A stretch of 64,000 nucleotides of DNA from Giardia intestinalis. Taxonomy: Eukaryota. The translations under genes were made by a program, and so were the position numbers. Of this stretch, positions 10,001 to 19,562 are shown piece by piece (the first letter of the stretch is position 1; every line of letters begins with the position of its first letter). A model generated the notes under the pieces. The model was not told the origin of the DNA, made no database searches, and saw nothing but the letters and a program-made list of their open reading frames with translations. The stretch lies in the NCBI GenBank assembly GCA_000002435.2, contig CM018791.1, one strand, 5' to 3'.

Positions 10001-11704
10001 TGCTGCTATTGCCCCACAGATGATAACCCCCGCTACAAGAAAGAGTATTTCCAAGAGGAGAACCCTATCTAATCTCTTCTGCACATGGCTTAGCTTCAAG
10101 GGAGGCTTTGTTTGGTTCATCATGAGACGTGTGTCATAGGCAGTGTAAATTACGGCTCCAACAGCCAACTCTGTATTTTGCAGCTTCATGCCTTTGAGCA
10201 AGGTGTTATCAGTGTTGAAGTGAAGAAGCTTGTGGGTGTTATCGGTAGTGTAATTGGGGCCAGCAGCAAGATTTGTAAGTGGAAAGGCTGATACCAAATC
10301 AAGGGTCTCCGTTAAGGGAAGCTCTCCGTTTGCTCTATCACACGCTTGTGCAACAGACGCAGCAAAGCCAGTCCGTGGCGTTGTGGTTATTGAAGACCGT
10401 GTTGCCATATCTCGACCTGCTTGGTCTACTGGACTATCTCTGCTAGCTTTGCTGCTGATGCTAGTTACTCTAGGGACAACAGAGTCAAGCTTATCAATGC
10501 TAAATCCGTGGGAGCTGGTTAGGTCCTTGGCAACTTCAGTGGGCTCTGATGAAGTCACTGCGAGATCTAAATCGATAGCCAACGAGCCGGCGCAACCGCT
10601 GGTTGGCTTCACAAAAGTATGCGAGGAATTTCCAACAGATGCATCATTCAGAATGGAGTCGCCATCCTCGCTGTTCTCAGCTATATTGCTGATACCAGCA
10701 GTTGATAACAGGTTATCGGCACGAACGCCAAGGGGCCCTGTTCCTGGTACAGTATCCTGAGCAGATGGACTTGACGGTTGATAGGAGGGATAGCGTGCAG
10801 AGACGTACACAGCAGAAAAGGGAGACGCCATTGATTTGAGATTTCCAGGTGTCTTGTTGACACCCGAGTAACCTCCCGCAACCGCAGGAGGTGGTGCATA
10901 AAGTGCCATGGATTTGATCGCCAGCCGCGCGGCAAAGTCGTTTGCTGTGCCTGCTCGTGCACCGGGGTCGTGAAAGCCTATGCCATACGGAGACCAATGA
11001 TAGCTGACCTTCCCCGTGAACAAGGTCAGATTAGAATTAGGTGGATACGCGGTTATACGCCCCCACAGTGTCCTGAGAAATGACAGAAGCTCCAATTCAT
11101 TGTTGTATGGACTAAGGTGCGTGAGGATAACATTTCTGGGTTTCAGATTACTCTCTCCATCCAAGCTTGCAGTGTTAACCATGGCAGTCTTTGTCTGAGA
11201 GCTGGAGATCATAAGAAGACAGTCTGCAGGCACCTCATCGCCGTCCCTAATGATGACCAGGTCTCCCTGTGAAATTTTCGAAGCCGGCAGGGACAGAACC
11301 TCTCCCTTTCGAACTATCTTGTAGACCTTGCTATTCGAGATTTTGTCTGACCTTGACCGTCCAATGTCCTCAATGATTTCTCGCACGGCAGATATCACAA
11401 GAATAAATATGACTGGTGTTATCAGTGTACCGAATCCCACAATTGCCAGCCCAGGAATGGAGTTACAAAGTAAAACCGTAAGGAAGAAAATATTGTTAGG
11501 CCGTTGGTACTGTTCAATTAAAAACTTGAAGATAAAATTATACCAGGTGTACTTGCATGTGCTGATATGGTTTGTTTTAGCGATGCCTTCATCAAAGAAG
11601 TTAAACAGGATTGCATTTTGCTTGTCTCCAGAAGCACTCGATGTCCTCTTTGAACTGCGCTTGCAGCACAATGAGTTACATTTGCAGCACTTCGGTCGCG
11701 CCAT
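7022..11704 (-). CDS. P4-type ATPase (phospholipid flippase), 1560 aa with large lineage-specific insertions
   Basis: P-type motifs DKTGTLT ('FSDKTGTLTSNEM'), TGDK ('MLTGDKTQTA') and GDGxND ('IGDGANDCPMIKSANIGVGI'). P4-specific TM4 motif 'LPMSLFVSLELVRLVQ'. N-terminal '...CKYTWYNFIFKFLIEQYQRPNNIFFL'. Confidence 0.9.
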   Translation of the reverse strand: MARPKCCKCNSLCCKRSSKRTSSASGDKQNAILFNFFDEGIAKTNHISTCKYTWYNFIFKFLIEQYQRPNNIFFLTVLLCNSIPGLAIVGFGTLITPVIFILVISAVREIIEDIGRSRSDKISNSKVYKIVRKGEVLSLPASKISQGDLVIIRDGDEVPADCLLMISSSQTKTAMVNTASLDGESNLKPRNVILTHLSPYNNELELLSFLRTLWGRITAYPPNSNLTLFTGKVSYHWSPYGIGFHDPGARAGTANDFAARLAIKSMALYAPPPAVAGGYSGVNKTPGNLKSMASPFSAVYVSARYPSYQPSSPSAQDTVPGTGPLGVRADNLLSTAGISNIAENSEDGDSILNDASVGNSSHTFVKPTSGCAGSLAIDLDLAVTSSEPTEVAKDLTSSHGFSIDKLDSVVPRVTSISSKASRDSPVDQAGRDMATRSSITTTPRTGFAASVAQACDRANGELPLTETLDLVSAFPLTNLAAGPNYTTDNTHKLLHFNTDNTLLKGMKLQNTELAVGAVIYTAYDTRLMMNQTKPPLKLSHVQKRLDRVLLLEILFLVAGVIICGAIAAATNGDYLTRYPYAGFPNTKKFGTFLMRGMSYAVLFSYALPMSLFVSLELVRLVQGIFIEMDTRLRKAELLPQLDKRAYDPLPPAKVHCVVKASALIEDLAEVDIIFSDKTGTLTSNEMIFHSFYTLFDGVQCVYDTVIAAGKLELCTISHSTLVLEAKEEKNHVSDLMTYALALCNTIIVSDKGGTLVYQGESPDEIAFAKAAAAFRLVITGREAEYVRYNYSFSLNEDSVAPRQVSVPVTYTFPVVVPFTSARKRMSIVLCEEGIEPSEHFTSMIAPYLVNGSPCPTPDPKDVVCFPRFSYSRSKRRVFFTPIQLCTVPGNPFLLSKGADSFLLPYCKPILGENPMNLPPIKAAIDNFSCEGLRTLVWAVRELSPGFLDNFLKTWREVSIKPDSDPEYISHTKRLERDLTFLAASAIEDRLADMVPETLATLLSAGIKVWMLTGDKTQTAVNIARSSNLAPAESEWLYLTHEEVTLMEEKLKQGEVVAPPISEFVLEKLEKSPTKNKLLALITLLDAFEKRVSPTVIKERRKLIHRRVEDAAEYNTYDTSEHPQDRKPSGAQQPTSDVSSVKQKFTKFGRQLKDAFSFTELYRKKKEYKTTVPFTTVIDSDVFKLIYMNNLHDFLLSVTMHSTAVVCCRLSPEEKALIVTMTRNRDKYITTLAIGDGANDCPMIKSANIGVGIAGNEGLHASNSSDFSLPEFKYLRRLLFVHGHYTHLRNSELIEYCIYKNLILVFVNGLFSGQCLFTSQILFNDMMVTMYNIVLTFFPIFIYALTEHDIKDRVLEVHPRVYSVFEKKPETNIKSIGLRILIAFYHSLCMYFLTRFAISYNVTEMNGHNIDLTLFGYYLLNELIFIVTIKICLQTKYWSWATLIALIFTVTVFVILLLLTNYTTIITETLLNTMSFASHTLHFWVTVSSVVFAALLPDVMYTFIRRFYFPNSHDLLYHQYRHLKRNCLGHALDVGRDIERVEKMDNCLEEVQARLRQSDQV

Positions 11705-12420
11705 CTAGTGCTATCTTCGTTAATAAACCGGTCGATACAAGTAATTAGGACACGAGGCCGAGAAAATTTTAAGATCTTTTTACGATTTTTTAAAATTAAA
11801 AGTGATGTTGATCTAATTATTGTTACAACACACTGGACGGTGCAGTTTATGCAATGATTAAGGAGATCCGTGTACTAGTAAGTGCAATCTAATATCAATT
11901 TACCTATAATTGTCTTCTTCATATCCACATCTTGGCACTTGTGCTCTTTATTAGACTGAGGGCGTCTCTATCAGGTCTATAGTTATCTCTTGTCTGGCCC
12001 TGAGCATCTTAGCTTCACATCCAAGTAGTCGAATTTAACTAGACGTTTAGTTTTCGATATGCGATGTACACAACGCAGATCCTTCTGTTCGGGGATCAAA
12101 GAGTCATGAGAAAACCACAATCGGATCCGCTAAATCTCTCTATTGACCGGTTTGACGGACTTTTTGTCACAGGCAAAATACACATTATCTGTTGGCCTTA
12201 AGAGATTGAGCTAGGACAAATGAAACAGCTGAAATTGCTGGACGACACTGAAAGAGGATATCTTGCAGCTGTATTGAGTGCTTCTCTTTAACTGCTTATA
12301 TAATTAGAAGTAAACAATGACAATCACTAGCTGGTCACTACTGAATTGTAGCCCCGTTGGAAGTAAAGCAGTAAGCCGAGCATTGAGCACAGTATCAAAA
12401 ACTTTTGCAAATTTCATCAA

Positions 12421-13500
12421 ATGACCATTTTTAGCGGCCCCCGTGGCTTGTTTGCGTGCTACTGTCTTGTCGCCGAGTCTTCAGAGTCCCCTAAACGTTG
12501 TTATATTGGGTTTACGAACAATCCTTTGCGCAGAATCCGGCAGCACAATAGAAAGATTGCCGGAGGTGCTCGGAAGACGTCTCGCTATGGCCCATGGCGA
12601 ATGGTCCTATTTGTTGGAGGATTTTCTACCAAAGTATCGGCCCTAAAGTTTGAGTATATCTGGACGTACCCTACTCGTAGCAGGTATGTGAACTGTATCT
12701 CTGCTACCTCACAGAAGTTACGCTTAGCATGCCCCCGAAGCATTTCAACGGCACTCGACGTCCTGGTCACGCTTTTAATCCATCCTCCCTTTTCTCTTCA
12801 GCCTCTCTACGTCGTACTTCTGGACGCTGAGGGTAATAGAGTTAAGTCCCAACTAGAACAGCACTCTGTCCCCGTATTTGTTAGCACTATGGAGGCTTTG
12901 CAAATAGAGCCGGGGGTGCGAGCACCGAGCGACATTATATATGCCCAATGTACTTCATCGAACGGGACAACCGACACAACGTTCACCGATGTCTGTCCTA
13001 TATGCCAAGACGGAGTATCTCCATCCAACGTCCAATGCATGCAGTGCAGTGCGCGTTTTTGTATCACCTGTGCTGGAAAGCTCTTCACAAGGCGAAATAC
13101 TTTGATACCTTGTTTCGGAAAGTGTCCAATATGTAAGAGAGAGTTTCAGTGGAAGGAAATGCTCAGAAAGCGGGCGGAAGAGCTTGTTGCCGGACGTAAA
13201 TCAGTACCTCATAAGACCCAAGCTGTTGATGGACAATCAAGCCTATCTCAGAACTCCTCCTATGATGATTATGACACCATCAGCTTACTATCTTCATCAT
13301 CTGAGCCAGAAAAGGATGATATTTCGAGAGACGAAAGCGGAACCGTTGCCAGCGTTCAGCCCGTATCCTCTGTGGCTCTAAGTGACTCTAGCAGATCACC
13401 AGCCACAACGTCCCCCACTAAGCCTCTTGCCATAGACCCTCTTCTCTCCTCACCTCGTCCCTGTGCCCTTCCATCTGATGTCATAAGTATCACAGATTGA
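12421..13500 (+). CDS. SLX1: SLX1-type structure-specific endonuclease (GIY-YIG nuclease domain plus C-terminal RING/PHD-like zinc finger)
   Basis: GIY-YIG signature 'CYIGFTNNPLRRIRQHN'. C-terminal Cys-rich finger 'CPICQDG...CMQCSARFCITCAGKLF...CFGKCPICKREF'. This is the SLX1 domain order. Confidence 0.8.
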   Translation: MTIFSGPRGLFACYCLVAESSESPKRCYIGFTNNPLRRIRQHNRKIAGGARKTSRYGPWRMVLFVGGFSTKVSALKFEYIWTYPTRSRYVNCISATSQKLRLACPRSISTALDVLVTLLIHPPFSLQPLYVVLLDAEGNRVKSQLEQHSVPVFVSTMEALQIEPGVRAPSDIIYAQCTSSNGTTDTTFTDVCPICQDGVSPSNVQCMQCSARFCITCAGKLFTRRNTLIPCFGKCPICKREFQWKEMLRKRAEELVAGRKSVPHKTQAVDGQSSLSQNSSYDDYDTISLLSSSSEPEKDDISRDESGTVASVQPVSSVALSDSSRSPATTSPTKPLAIDPLLSSPRPCALPSDVISITD

Positions 13501-13521
13501 TTTAGTTCAGAAAAATCGGAG

Positions 13522-15213
13522 ATGGGTGACACTCTCGGACTGGCTCTCGGGCGTGTGGGACGCTTCTTGTCACAACATTACTGGAACTTTGAGGCCCTAG
13601 CTGGGCTGACCGCTGATGGCCGTCCGCTAGAGCACGCCTTATCTTGCTTTTACGAAACCATGAATGGTGCTGTATCTAGGTCTATCTCCGTGGACTATAA
13701 AGACAACTATGGCCCTTTACCATGGGAAGGCATCTATAGCTTAGCAGACGGCTCTGCACTAGAGGACGTTTATGGCATCACAGGTCCGGATCAAGTTATT
13801 GATTCTAGAGCCGAGCTAAGCCTTTATCATCGGTATCTCAAGAATGGGGATGAAGAGGAAAGTCGAGCCTTGTATGCAGACGCTGGGGCCAAGTTCTTTC
13901 ATGCGTGGAAGCGTTTTAACAAGCTCTCGTCGCCAACGATGACACCAGCAGGAATCCCTGGGATTTCCGACGTTCGCATCAATTTCCATAAGACAGAAAG
14001 GTTTGCAACAGACTTCGCTGCACCAAACTCAACGTCTCCTTTTGCGCTTGAGCTTCCTAGAGCAAATTTGAGTCAATCAGAGGTCCCCTCAGATTACTTC
14101 AACGAGGCATCTACCACGGGGAATACGCACGCTATCCTATCGTCTATTTATGATATTGCTATGAAACAGTTGGAAAAGTGTGATAGGCTGGACTGTTTGG
14201 TCCTGTTCTTGGCATCGGATACTCACTGGGGAACTGTCCTCACAGATATCCTGGATGAGATCTTGCCAGAAGTGCCGCGCACATCAGCTTTACTCTATGA
14301 TATCATCGATTATAAGTCTCCAAATGAGCCGTCACCCCTTGTTTGTCCGAATCCTCTTCTGGCTTCTAAACGCAGAAAATGCTCTCAGATGTCACTGTGG
14401 CACAACATAGCTGACCGTCTAAGCTCATATGCCCTACTACCTCTTTCATATGCAAGCATCAGCAACTATTTTCGGAATGCATGCGCATCCGAAGTGGACA
14501 TAGAGACACCAGGTGCTGCTGAAAATGGGCTACGGGGTAATAGGCAGGCATGTTTAACTGATGCTAGTGCTGTTATGTCCTTGGCCGTTCATAGTTTTGT
14601 GCGTCAGGCTCGGACACACACGTATCGGCTCAGTAATGTGGTGGACGGACTTGTCCCAGTTTCTTATGGTAATATCTTGGCAACCGGTTTGAATATTTCT
14701 CTCACTGGGGGCTTCTATGAGCACACACTAGATCTCAGTGGGTTGGTAGCTGCTTATCTCCAAAGCCCGATAGACTCCTCTTTCGCTGCTGCGCGGAGCT
14801 TCTGCATAGACCCTCTGGATCTCAGCGCAAAACCACGTGGGTGGGTAAACTCCTACGTCAAGCAGTATGCCGAGCTCTTCCGACAGCCCATTATACGAAA
14901 TAGTCGCGGTCTTCTATTGAGAGGGCCTGTTCTTCAACTTCCAGACGCCTTTCCCCACATTTTCACTCAGCGCTGTGGACTCTCATACAGAACAGAGCTG
15001 CCGATAGCAGTGGAACTACGCAACACGCCGTACTATTATGCAAATCTGTGTGCCACTGAGAAGTTAATACAAGGGAGATCATCTTTTCGTGACGATAACT
15101 TGGAGCTAGAGGATACTCTTCAGTACCTCTGTGTCCTGAAGGATGTTTATAAACCATCGAGACACCTTGCTGGAATACAGATAAGCGACGACCGCAGCGG
15201 TAGTGAGCAATAG
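13522..15213 (+). CDS. Hypothetical protein (563 aa)
   Basis: Long open frame starting 21 bp after the SLX1 stop. Non-repetitive. No domain recognised. Confidence 0.55.
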   Translation: MGDTLGLALGRVGRFLSQHYWNFEALAGLTADGRPLEHALSCFYETMNGAVSRSISVDYKDNYGPLPWEGIYSLADGSALEDVYGITGPDQVIDSRAELSLYHRYLKNGDEEESRALYADAGAKFFHAWKRFNKLSSPTMTPAGIPGISDVRINFHKTERFATDFAAPNSTSPFALELPRANLSQSEVPSDYFNEASTTGNTHAILSSIYDIAMKQLEKCDRLDCLVLFLASDTHWGTVLTDILDEILPEVPRTSALLYDIIDYKSPNEPSPLVCPNPLLASKRRKCSQMSLWHNIADRLSSYALLPLSYASISNYFRNACASEVDIETPGAAENGLRGNRQACLTDASAVMSLAVHSFVRQARTHTYRLSNVVDGLVPVSYGNILATGLNISLTGGFYEHTLDLSGLVAAYLQSPIDSSFAAARSFCIDPLDLSAKPRGWVNSYVKQYAELFRQPIIRNSRGLLLRGPVLQLPDAFPHIFTQRCGLSYRTELPIAVELRNTPYYYANLCATEKLIQGRSSFRDDNLELEDTLQYLCVLKDVYKPSRHLAGIQISDDRSGSEQ

Positions 15214-15272
15214 CCGCCACATCAATCACCTAGACATTTACACTGGTGCCCCCAAAACGACTCACACGAACA

Positions 15273-15443
15273 CTAGGATCCTCGGGCCTTCTCAGCGGCC
15301 ATGGCGTCCCTCAGCTGCGTGAAATGTTTCACAGCAAACTCGTAGATATTACTCGGTTGTTCCCGGAGGACCTCGCGGCAGAGATCCATGAGCAGGCCCG
15401 GGAACTCCGGCGGATACTTCGCGTTTTGCACGAATTGGGACAT
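15273..15443 (-). CDS. RIIa/DPY-30-type dimerisation-docking domain micro-protein (56 aa). It is not in the ORF track because it is under 60 aa.
   Basis: I translated the minus strand by hand: MSQFVQNAKYPPEFPGLLMDLCREVLREQPSNIYEFAVKHFTQLRDAMAAEKARGS*. The segment 'P.GL...L...VLR.QP.....FA..YF..L' is the canonical RIIa (PKA-RII/ROPN/SP17/DPY-30) helix-turn-helix dimerisation motif. It starts with ATG (cat at 15441-15443) and ends with a TAG stop at 15273-15275. Confidence 0.55.
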   Translation of the reverse strand: MSQFVQNAKYPPEFPGLLMDLCREVLREQPSNIYEFAVKHFTQLRDAMAAEKARGS

Positions 15444-15703
15444 GTTGTTCTGCTAATTTTGTGCAAAAATAGCACGCATTTAGTAAATTTCCACAAATTC
15501 GCTTCTTGTGCACGTTGAGTAAAGGTGTAGCTGGAAAACGTGTTGCCCGGGTATGGACACTGCAAGACCTGCCAGCAAGAGCTATCGCCCCAGGGAACGA
15601 GACACAGGCTCCGGCCTGCATCTTGCTAGAGGGCTTGCGTCGCAGGCTGTCAAAAAAATATGATAGAATTGACTTTAAAATACTTTGTTGGTTTTCCATA
15701 AGA

Positions 15704-17452
15704 TTACGCTGCTCTTTCACAATATCCACCTCGAAAGCCAGGATCGCACAAGCAGCGGTTGTCGCGGCACACACCATTTCCAGAGCAAACAACACCGTTG
15801 TCTGAATTGGTGACGCATGTGATGGCGGTGCAAACGCCATCTAACATCACTGCGTTGTGGTTGCACTCGCATTCAAATCCACCGGTTCCTTCTACACAGT
15901 GGCCATGACCCCCACAAACCCTTCTTTGGCCGTCGTTATACTCAGAGACACACTGCCTCGGGTAGCACGCCGTCGACGCATAGAGCTCTCCCTCTGGGCA
16001 TTTATAATCTTCACAGTACTGTCCGAGGTATCCGCTGTCGCAGACACACTTACCATCGAAGCACTGCCCATGGTTCGTGCACTCAACCATGGTTGTGATT
16101 GGGTTCAGGCAGTTCCTATGGACACATTTGCTTGTGTCAAGAAGCTCGTAATCGTCATCGCACATGCAGTAGTCAATATACTCATTGGTTGAGAGCTTAT
16201 TCCTTTGACAGACCCCGTGGCTGCTGCAGGTCTCTGGCATGTCTTCTTGCATGTCCGAGACACAAGTTAAAGGAACGCACTCACCAGTGGGGGTGGCTAC
16301 AGAGTAGGTGCTGCACAGATCACAGTGCTTTCCGCTGTATTGATAGTTGCAGCTGCACATACCAGTGAGATAGTCGCAAGTCCCGTGACCAGAGCATAAC
16401 ACTGGTTCGCCTATAGGGCTATAGTCAGTGATGCAGCTTTTCGGGACACAATACCCGTTGTGTGAAACATATGCTTTGTTGCAGGTACAGCCCCATATAC
16501 CGTCGGTATTTGTACAAGTACCATGGGGGCAAACCTGTCCCAGCACAATGCACTGGAGAGGAGTACACTCCGTTCCTCCTATGAGGGCGAAGCCTTGATC
16601 GCACACACAGTGGTCTACAACGCATGAGCCACCCCCGGAGCAAACGTCACCAGAGCTAGAGATGCACAGTTGATTGACGCACTCTCCACCTTTAGATACA
16701 TATCCTTCTTCACACTGCTGTATCTCGTACTGGCATAGACTTCCTTCATAGCCTTCATCGCACACGCAGCCTTTCCTTTTACATGTTCCATGCCCCATGC
16801 AGACGGTGTAGTTTCCTTCCTCACCGCTGAGGCATGTCTTGGGAATGCATGCATTGCCGATGTTTTTCATCTTTGGCAAGCACAGACAAAATGCTTTTGT
16901 AGCCTTTGTGGCGGGGATGCATATGCCGTGGCCACCACACGCAGTGGGCTCTCCCATTATGTCACTAACGCACTCATTGGGTATGCAGTGAGCCCCAATG
17001 AGAGTAGATTTGGCAGAGCACTCTTCACACAGTTTTCCTGCATATGATTCAAGGCACTGGCAGTACGGCTCGTCATCAAGCCCGTACATGCATACACCAT
17101 TACCGCTGCACACCTTCCCATCCGATATACAGTCTGGAGGCACACAGTTATGCCCCATAGCTATATACCCATCTTCACAAGTACATGTAAATGGAGCAGT
17201 TGCTGAGCATTCTCCGTGGCGTCCACAGTAGTATCTTGTTGCTCTATTGACACAATCTTCTGGCTGGCAGCCTTGCTCCGATAAGGCGTATCCTCTGTCA
17301 CAGTGACACTTGGACCCGATGCAGTCTCCCCTGCCAGAGCAGACTGTTCCACTAAAGACACAGTCCTCTGGATAGCAATTTTCACCGACGGCGACCCTAC
17401 CCTCGGGGCAGACAAGCGCAGAGACCACTGTTATAAAGCCTATCAAAAGCAT
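15704..17452 (-). CDS. Secreted cysteine-rich EGF-like repeat protein (tenascin-like / high-cysteine protein family). No C-terminal TM.
   Basis: The ORF-track start at 17488 is TTG. The first ATG at 17452 is preceded by 'caaagaaaaATG' and gives the signal peptide MLLIGFITVVSALVCPEG. About 11% Cys in repeated C-x-C/CxxC EGF-like modules ('GHGTCDYLTGMCSCNYQYSGKHCD'). Confidence 0.75.
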   Translation of the reverse strand: MLLIGFITVVSALVCPEGRVAVGENCYPEDCVFSGTVCSGRGDCIGSKCHCDRGYALSEQGCQPEDCVNRATRYYCGRHGECSATAPFTCTCEDGYIAMGHNCVPPDCISDGKVCSGNGVCMYGLDDEPYCQCLESYAGKLCEECSAKSTLIGAHCIPNECVSDIMGEPTACGGHGICIPATKATKAFCLCLPKMKNIGNACIPKTCLSGEEGNYTVCMGHGTCKRKGCVCDEGYEGSLCQYEIQQCEEGYVSKGGECVNQLCISSSGDVCSGGGSCVVDHCVCDQGFALIGGTECTPLQCIVLGQVCPHGTCTNTDGIWGCTCNKAYVSHNGYCVPKSCITDYSPIGEPVLCSGHGTCDYLTGMCSCNYQYSGKHCDLCSTYSVATPTGECVPLTCVSDMQEDMPETCSSHGVCQRNKLSTNEYIDYCMCDDDYELLDTSKCVHRNCLNPITTMVECTNHGQCFDGKCVCDSGYLGQYCEDYKCPEGELYASTACYPRQCVSEYNDGQRRVCGGHGHCVEGTGGFECECNHNAVMLDGVCTAITCVTNSDNGVVCSGNGVCRDNRCLCDPGFRGGYCERAA

Positions 17453-17523
17453 TTTTCTTTGCACAGCTGGATGGGCGGCACATACCAACTATTTTGACAG
17501 AAGAGATTTACATATTAGTGGTT

Positions 17524-19446
17524 TTACGTGCTAGTGGCGCGTCCCTCCAGTGACTTGCCCATCTCGAGCATCAGTCTGTGAGCTCGGTCCCTGCACTTCT
17601 TGAGCTCCAGTAAATCAATCAATTTGCGCTTCGCAAGGTCATCGGCATCCGCCAGAAAATCGGAGCTTTGGGTAACCAATCGGTTTCCCTTCTCCACGAT
17701 ATCTTTGGACAAGAGATCCTTGTGCTCCCGGAGCGCCTCCTTCAAACCAGCAATGAGACCACCTAGCTCCTTACTGTATTCAAAGATCTCACGCTCGCGT
17801 TTATCTGCCTCCTTGTTCTCCGCAGCAGCCTTAAGCATCTCATTGATAGCATCCTGGGATAAAGAGGCATTGTTAATCTTTATTGACTGTTGGACACCCG
17901 TGTCCTGGTCGACTGCCTTGACATGAATCAGCCCATTCTCGTCTACCTCAAAGCTAATATCTATCTTGAGAGAACCGCGCGGGCCTGGTGGAAGATTGTC
18001 CAGCTCGAATTCCCCTAAGTAATGGTTCTGTGACGCAATCTCGCGCTCTCCTTGAAAGACCTTAATCTTGACCGATCGCTGATTGTCCTCTGATGTGGTG
18101 AATGTCTGTGTTTTCCTTGTAGGAATGGTTGCATTGCGCTTGATGATGGGGGAAAAGATACCACCCAGCGTTTCTAAACCCAGAGAAAGCGGGGCTACAT
18201 CCAGGAGTAGGATGCTATTAACCTCGTGATTAAGAATTGCACCCTGCACAGCTGCACCTAGAGACACTGATTCGTCGGGGTTCATCGTTGTAAGCCCTTT
18301 TTGCTTAAAGAATTCGCTCACCTTTCTCTGTAGTGCCAGGCTCCTGGTGGTTCCACCAACGTAAAGAATCTTAGAGATGTCTCTTGGTGTCAAATCAGCG
18401 TCTGTCAGGGCTTGTTTGCACGGTGGGATGAGCCTAGCAACAAGAGGGGCTGTCAACAATTCGAACTGATCACGTGTAATGACCTTCTTGTAGCTCTTTC
18501 CGTCATAAAATCCGGGAAGAATGATTTCGGTGCTGACCTTTTCTGAGAATTGCTTCTTAGCTGTTTCTGCGCTCAGCTTTAAAGTGTACATCATGACAGG
18601 GTCTGCCCGGATAGCATCCATGATGGCTGCCTTCATGGACTTGGTGTCTGGGGCTCCTCGTGCAAATGTCTCAGCTATATCTCCGATAAGATACTCGACA
18701 AATCCGTTGTCCCAATCATCTCCTCCAAGAAACCCGTCCCCCGCCGTTGCAATGACACTGTACACGCCATCCCCGGAGCACTCCATGATGGAGATGTCGT
18801 ACGTCCCACCTCCGGCGTCTATAACGACGAAGATTTCGTTCTCTTTGATCTTATTACTGCTGGAATTATAGTTGTAGAGCAGTGCAGCTGCGGTTGGCTC
18901 AGACAAAACCCGGATAACATCCAGATTGGCCAACTGTCCAGCCAACTCCGTTGCTCTCCGCTGATCGTTATTGAAATATGCAGGACAAGTAATGACAGCA
19001 TGCGGCTTGTCCTCTATCTCGAGCCCCGACCGCTGCTGTACTTGTGACTTGATATACTTCAAGATTTCTGAACCCACCTCAATAGGGCTGACCGACTTGT
19101 GAAGGTTTGGAACGTTGATCATGGCTTCTCCATTGGGTCCCTGTACTATGTCATAGGAGACATGCTTTGCAGCACGCTTTACTTCTGCATCTGTGAAGCG
19201 CCTACCAATAAGTCTCTTACTGGCATTAATTGTATTCTTCACGTTAGTTAGAGCCTGCCGCTCTGCCTCTGCTCCAACCAAGGGGGTGTCGCGGGCCTCC
19301 AGGGGCAGGTAACCCACTACAGAGGGAACCGTTCGAGAACCGTCGAGCATGGGAAGGACGGTCGGCACGCCACTGACCATGGTAGAGACGCACGAGTTCG
19401 TTGTCCCCAGATCAAAGCCGAGGCACTTTACGTGCCGCTTAAGCAT
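17524..19446 (-). CDS. Hsp70 chaperone of the DnaK/mitochondrial type (mitosomal Hsp70 candidate)
   Basis: 'GFDLGTTNSCV', 'DAGGGTYDIS', 'VLLLDVAPLSLGLETLGG'. Ends '...GRATST' with no EEVD (so not cytosolic) and no KDEL (so not BiP). The ORF-track start is TTG; the first ATG is at 19446. Confidence 0.9.
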   Translation of the reverse strand: MLKRHVKCLGFDLGTTNSCVSTMVSGVPTVLPMLDGSRTVPSVVGYLPLEARDTPLVGAEAERQALTNVKNTINASKRLIGRRFTDAEVKRAAKHVSYDIVQGPNGEAMINVPNLHKSVSPIEVGSEILKYIKSQVQQRSGLEIEDKPHAVITCPAYFNNDQRRATELAGQLANLDVIRVLSEPTAAALLYNYNSSSNKIKENEIFVVIDAGGGTYDISIMECSGDGVYSVIATAGDGFLGGDDWDNGFVEYLIGDIAETFARGAPDTKSMKAAIMDAIRADPVMMYTLKLSAETAKKQFSEKVSTEIILPGFYDGKSYKKVITRDQFELLTAPLVARLIPPCKQALTDADLTPRDISKILYVGGTTRSLALQRKVSEFFKQKGLTTMNPDESVSLGAAVQGAILNHEVNSILLLDVAPLSLGLETLGGIFSPIIKRNATIPTRKTQTFTTSEDNQRSVKIKVFQGEREIASQNHYLGEFELDNLPPGPRGSLKIDISFEVDENGLIHVKAVDQDTGVQQSIKINNASLSQDAINEMLKAAAENKEADKREREIFEYSKELGGLIAGLKEALREHKDLLSKDIVEKGNRLVTQSSDFLADADDLAKRKLIDLLELKKCRDRAHRLMLEMGKSLEGRATST

Positions 19447-19562
19447 GGTCCGCAATTTACATTTACAAAGAAGCTTTTTCCACTTCTGGGTGGAGCGGAA
19501 AACACCCGAACAAGACGGATACTACGCATAGAATAATTATGCAATGCAACTCACAAGAACAC

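Noticed and set aside
7664-11198. Several 60-170-aa ORFs antisense to or out of frame with the P4-ATPase (7664..7972, 8361..8798, 10254..10760, 10713..10997 and others)
   Set aside because: They are embedded in a strongly supported 1560-aa CDS. Such ORFs are expected by chance in a long gene at 50% GC, and they carry no recognisable motifs.
15246-15840. Plus-strand ORF 15246..15518 (90 aa) and minus-strand ORFs 15329..15565 and 15349..15840
   Set aside because: They overlap the RIIa micro-gene and the 3' end of the EGF-like gene in other frames. The RIIa frame carries a conserved domain signature and the others carry none. The 163-aa minus ORF runs into the EGF-like CDS out of frame.
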